Part shown: positions 36,545-37,705 of the stretch, in pieces | Layout: every line of letters begins with the position of its first letter | How positions within the stretch are numbered: position 1 is the stretch's first letter | Origin: Promethearchaeota archaeon | Lineage (GTDB): Archaea > Asgardarchaeota > Lokiarchaeia > Sigyniarchaeales > SOKP01 | DNA: 37,705 nucleotides | NCBI GenBank assembly: GCA_011364975.1 | Contig: RDOE01000030.1 | Coordinates: 1 to 37,705, forward strand | Reading direction: 5' to 3' | Program-made: the position numbers and the translations under genes | Notes under the pieces: generated by a model | What the model was told of the DNA's origin: nothing | Database searches by the model: none | The model's input: the letters and a program-made list of their open reading frames with translations, nothing else

Positions 36545-37453
36545 TTAAGTTTCGATATCTAAATTGAAAAATTCAAGCGCGTTATGCACTGTTTTAGTAC
36601 TAACTTCAGCCTGAGAAATATTATGAGTATAGGAAATAGCTGCAATTGAGTATCGAACATTTAATGGTACATTTAAGGGTCCATGTAGATAAGGATGTTG
36701 GTAATAACTATCTGTTTCAGTAACTAGCGAATCTAATGAAGATTTTGCTGTCACCCTCCGCCACTTTTTATTACCATAAGCCGAGCTCGGAACAGAAAGT
36801 TTATATCCTTGTTCAGAAAGAGATAATCCGTATTCATCTGGTCCAGAAAAGCAATGCCACATAACTTTTGATGATTTAATATTAAATTCCTCTAATATTC
36901 GTAATATTTCTTTAGTGGCTCCATCATAATGGTTAAATTTATGATTCGGATTTTCAATATCTAATTCATTTTTAGCAGCATTTCTTACATGTAAAATATA
37001 TGGCTTATCTAAATCTAGTGTTAATTCAAAAATTTTTTCTAATTCTGAAACTTGTTTGGTACGTTTTTCAAGAGTTTTTGCATGATGGAAATCAATACCT
37101 ATTTCTCCGATTCCAAGAAAATTTTTACTGTTGTTTATAACAAAATCGATCCATTTCTTCCATTCCTCATTATATTTTTTTTCAGGAGTGTAAGTTACGG
37201 TCTGTGGTGCCCATCCACAAGTATAGCCGATCTTATTTTTTCCCTTTATAAAATTTTGAATTAATTTTAATGTAGCGTTATCGATAGAACTTGTAATTAG
37301 ATATACACCTCCATTTTCCAGATATTGTTTGTATTGTAGTTCATCAGGAGGAAGTTTATCATTTTTCTGGGGTCGTGGAAAGGGTAAATGACAGTGTGTA
37401 TCTATGAATTTAAGACCTTCTTCGGGTTCGGCAATTATTATTTTTTTAGTCAT
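36545..37453 (-). CDS. tatD: TatD-family hydrolase/DNase
   Basis: IDTHCHL, IGEIGIDF, ILHVR, WHCFSG, VTETDS. Confidence 0.88.
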   Translation of the reverse strand: MTKKIIIAEPEEGLKFIDTHCHLPFPRPQKNDKLPPDELQYKQYLENGGVYLITSSIDNATLKLIQNFIKGKNKIGYTCGWAPQTVTYTPEKKYNEEWKKWIDFVINNSKNFLGIGEIGIDFHHAKTLEKRTKQVSELEKIFELTLDLDKPYILHVRNAAKNELDIENPNHKFNHYDGATKEILRILEEFNIKSSKVMWHCFSGPDEYGLSLSEQGYKLSVPSSAYGNKKWRRVTAKSSLDSLVTETDSYYQHPYLHGPLNVPLNVRYSIAAISYTHNISQAEVSTKTVHNALEFFNLDIET

Positions 37454-37579
37454 TTGTTTATCTCAATTTCTCTTAAAACTTTTATTATGAAATACTTGAT
37501 GCAATTTAATTTTTGTTTTAGTGGTTTGTTTTTGGATTTAAATAAATTTTTAAAATGTTTCAGTTATTAATTTGATATA

Positions 37580-37705
37580 ATGATTGATCAGCTAAAATCT
37601 AAACTTAATGAACTAGAGGAAAAAAAACGAGAGCTACAACCGAAAATAGAAGAAATTGAAAAGGAAAGAATTGAAGAATTAGCCGAAATAAATAAAAAGT
37701 ATGAT
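37580..37705 (+). CDS. 5' part of a coiled-coil protein, truncated by the window end
   Basis: ATG 37580, open to the end of the window: MIDQLKSKLNELEEKKRELQPKIEEIEKERIEELAEINKKYD, with a heptad pattern. Confidence 0.65.
   Translation, partial: MIDQLKSKLNELEEKKRELQPKIEEIEKERIEELAEINKKYD

Noticed and set aside
6162-37570. Short ORFs in the track that overlap longer genes, mostly antisense (e.g. 6162-6413, 7873-8289, 9045-9290, 9713-9952, 12622-13053, 13007-13189, 13939-14160, 16354-16590, 18269-18604, 21876-22355, 25498-25713, 27623-27853, 28441-28707, 32629-32835, 37052-37264, 37388-37570)
   Set aside because: They lie opposite well-supported genes, carry no motifs and have the composition expected of shadow frames.
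1-37705. CRISPR arrays, tRNA/rRNA genes, transposases, integrases or defence systems
   Set aside because: No regularly spaced repeats, no GC-rich structured RNA segments and no recombinase motifs seen. TatD is a lone housekeeping-type gene.

Overview
AT-rich, gene-dense archaeal DNA (about 30% GC by eye, not computed), most consistent with an Asgard archaeon of the Lokiarchaeia. Evidence: a longin-fused Arf-like small GTPase, GGAGG/GGTGA ribosome-binding sites, oligo-T terminators and many lipid/CoA and CCG-domain enzymes. I saw no rRNA, tRNA, CRISPR array or mobile element. (1) 39-6577: a 1457-aa sequon-rich surface protein with a cytoplasmic tail, closely followed by a longin/uDENN-like + winged-helix protein of NPRL2-like layout, converging on a longin-Arf GTPase fusion. 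This is the best candidate for an undescribed eukaryote-like membrane signalling module. (2) 6870-11853: CooC and a truncated acetyl-CoA-synthase-like protein, divergent from a three-gene 2-hydroxyacyl-CoA dehydratase/benzoyl-CoA reductase-type operon. (3) 11924-23681: three VAO/PCMH-like flavoproteins and three CCG Fe-S proteins, including a tandem duplication of an SCP2 + flavoprotein cassette. (4) 23.7-37.7 kb: mixed genes (PHP hydrolase, TM-PCI-Zn-ribbon protein, MFS, GGR-like reductase, radical SAM, nitrilase family, MacB/LolCDE-type ABC, transglutaminase-like, beta-solenoid repeat protein, flavodoxin, TatD). All family calls come from recognising motifs by eye; no searches were run.
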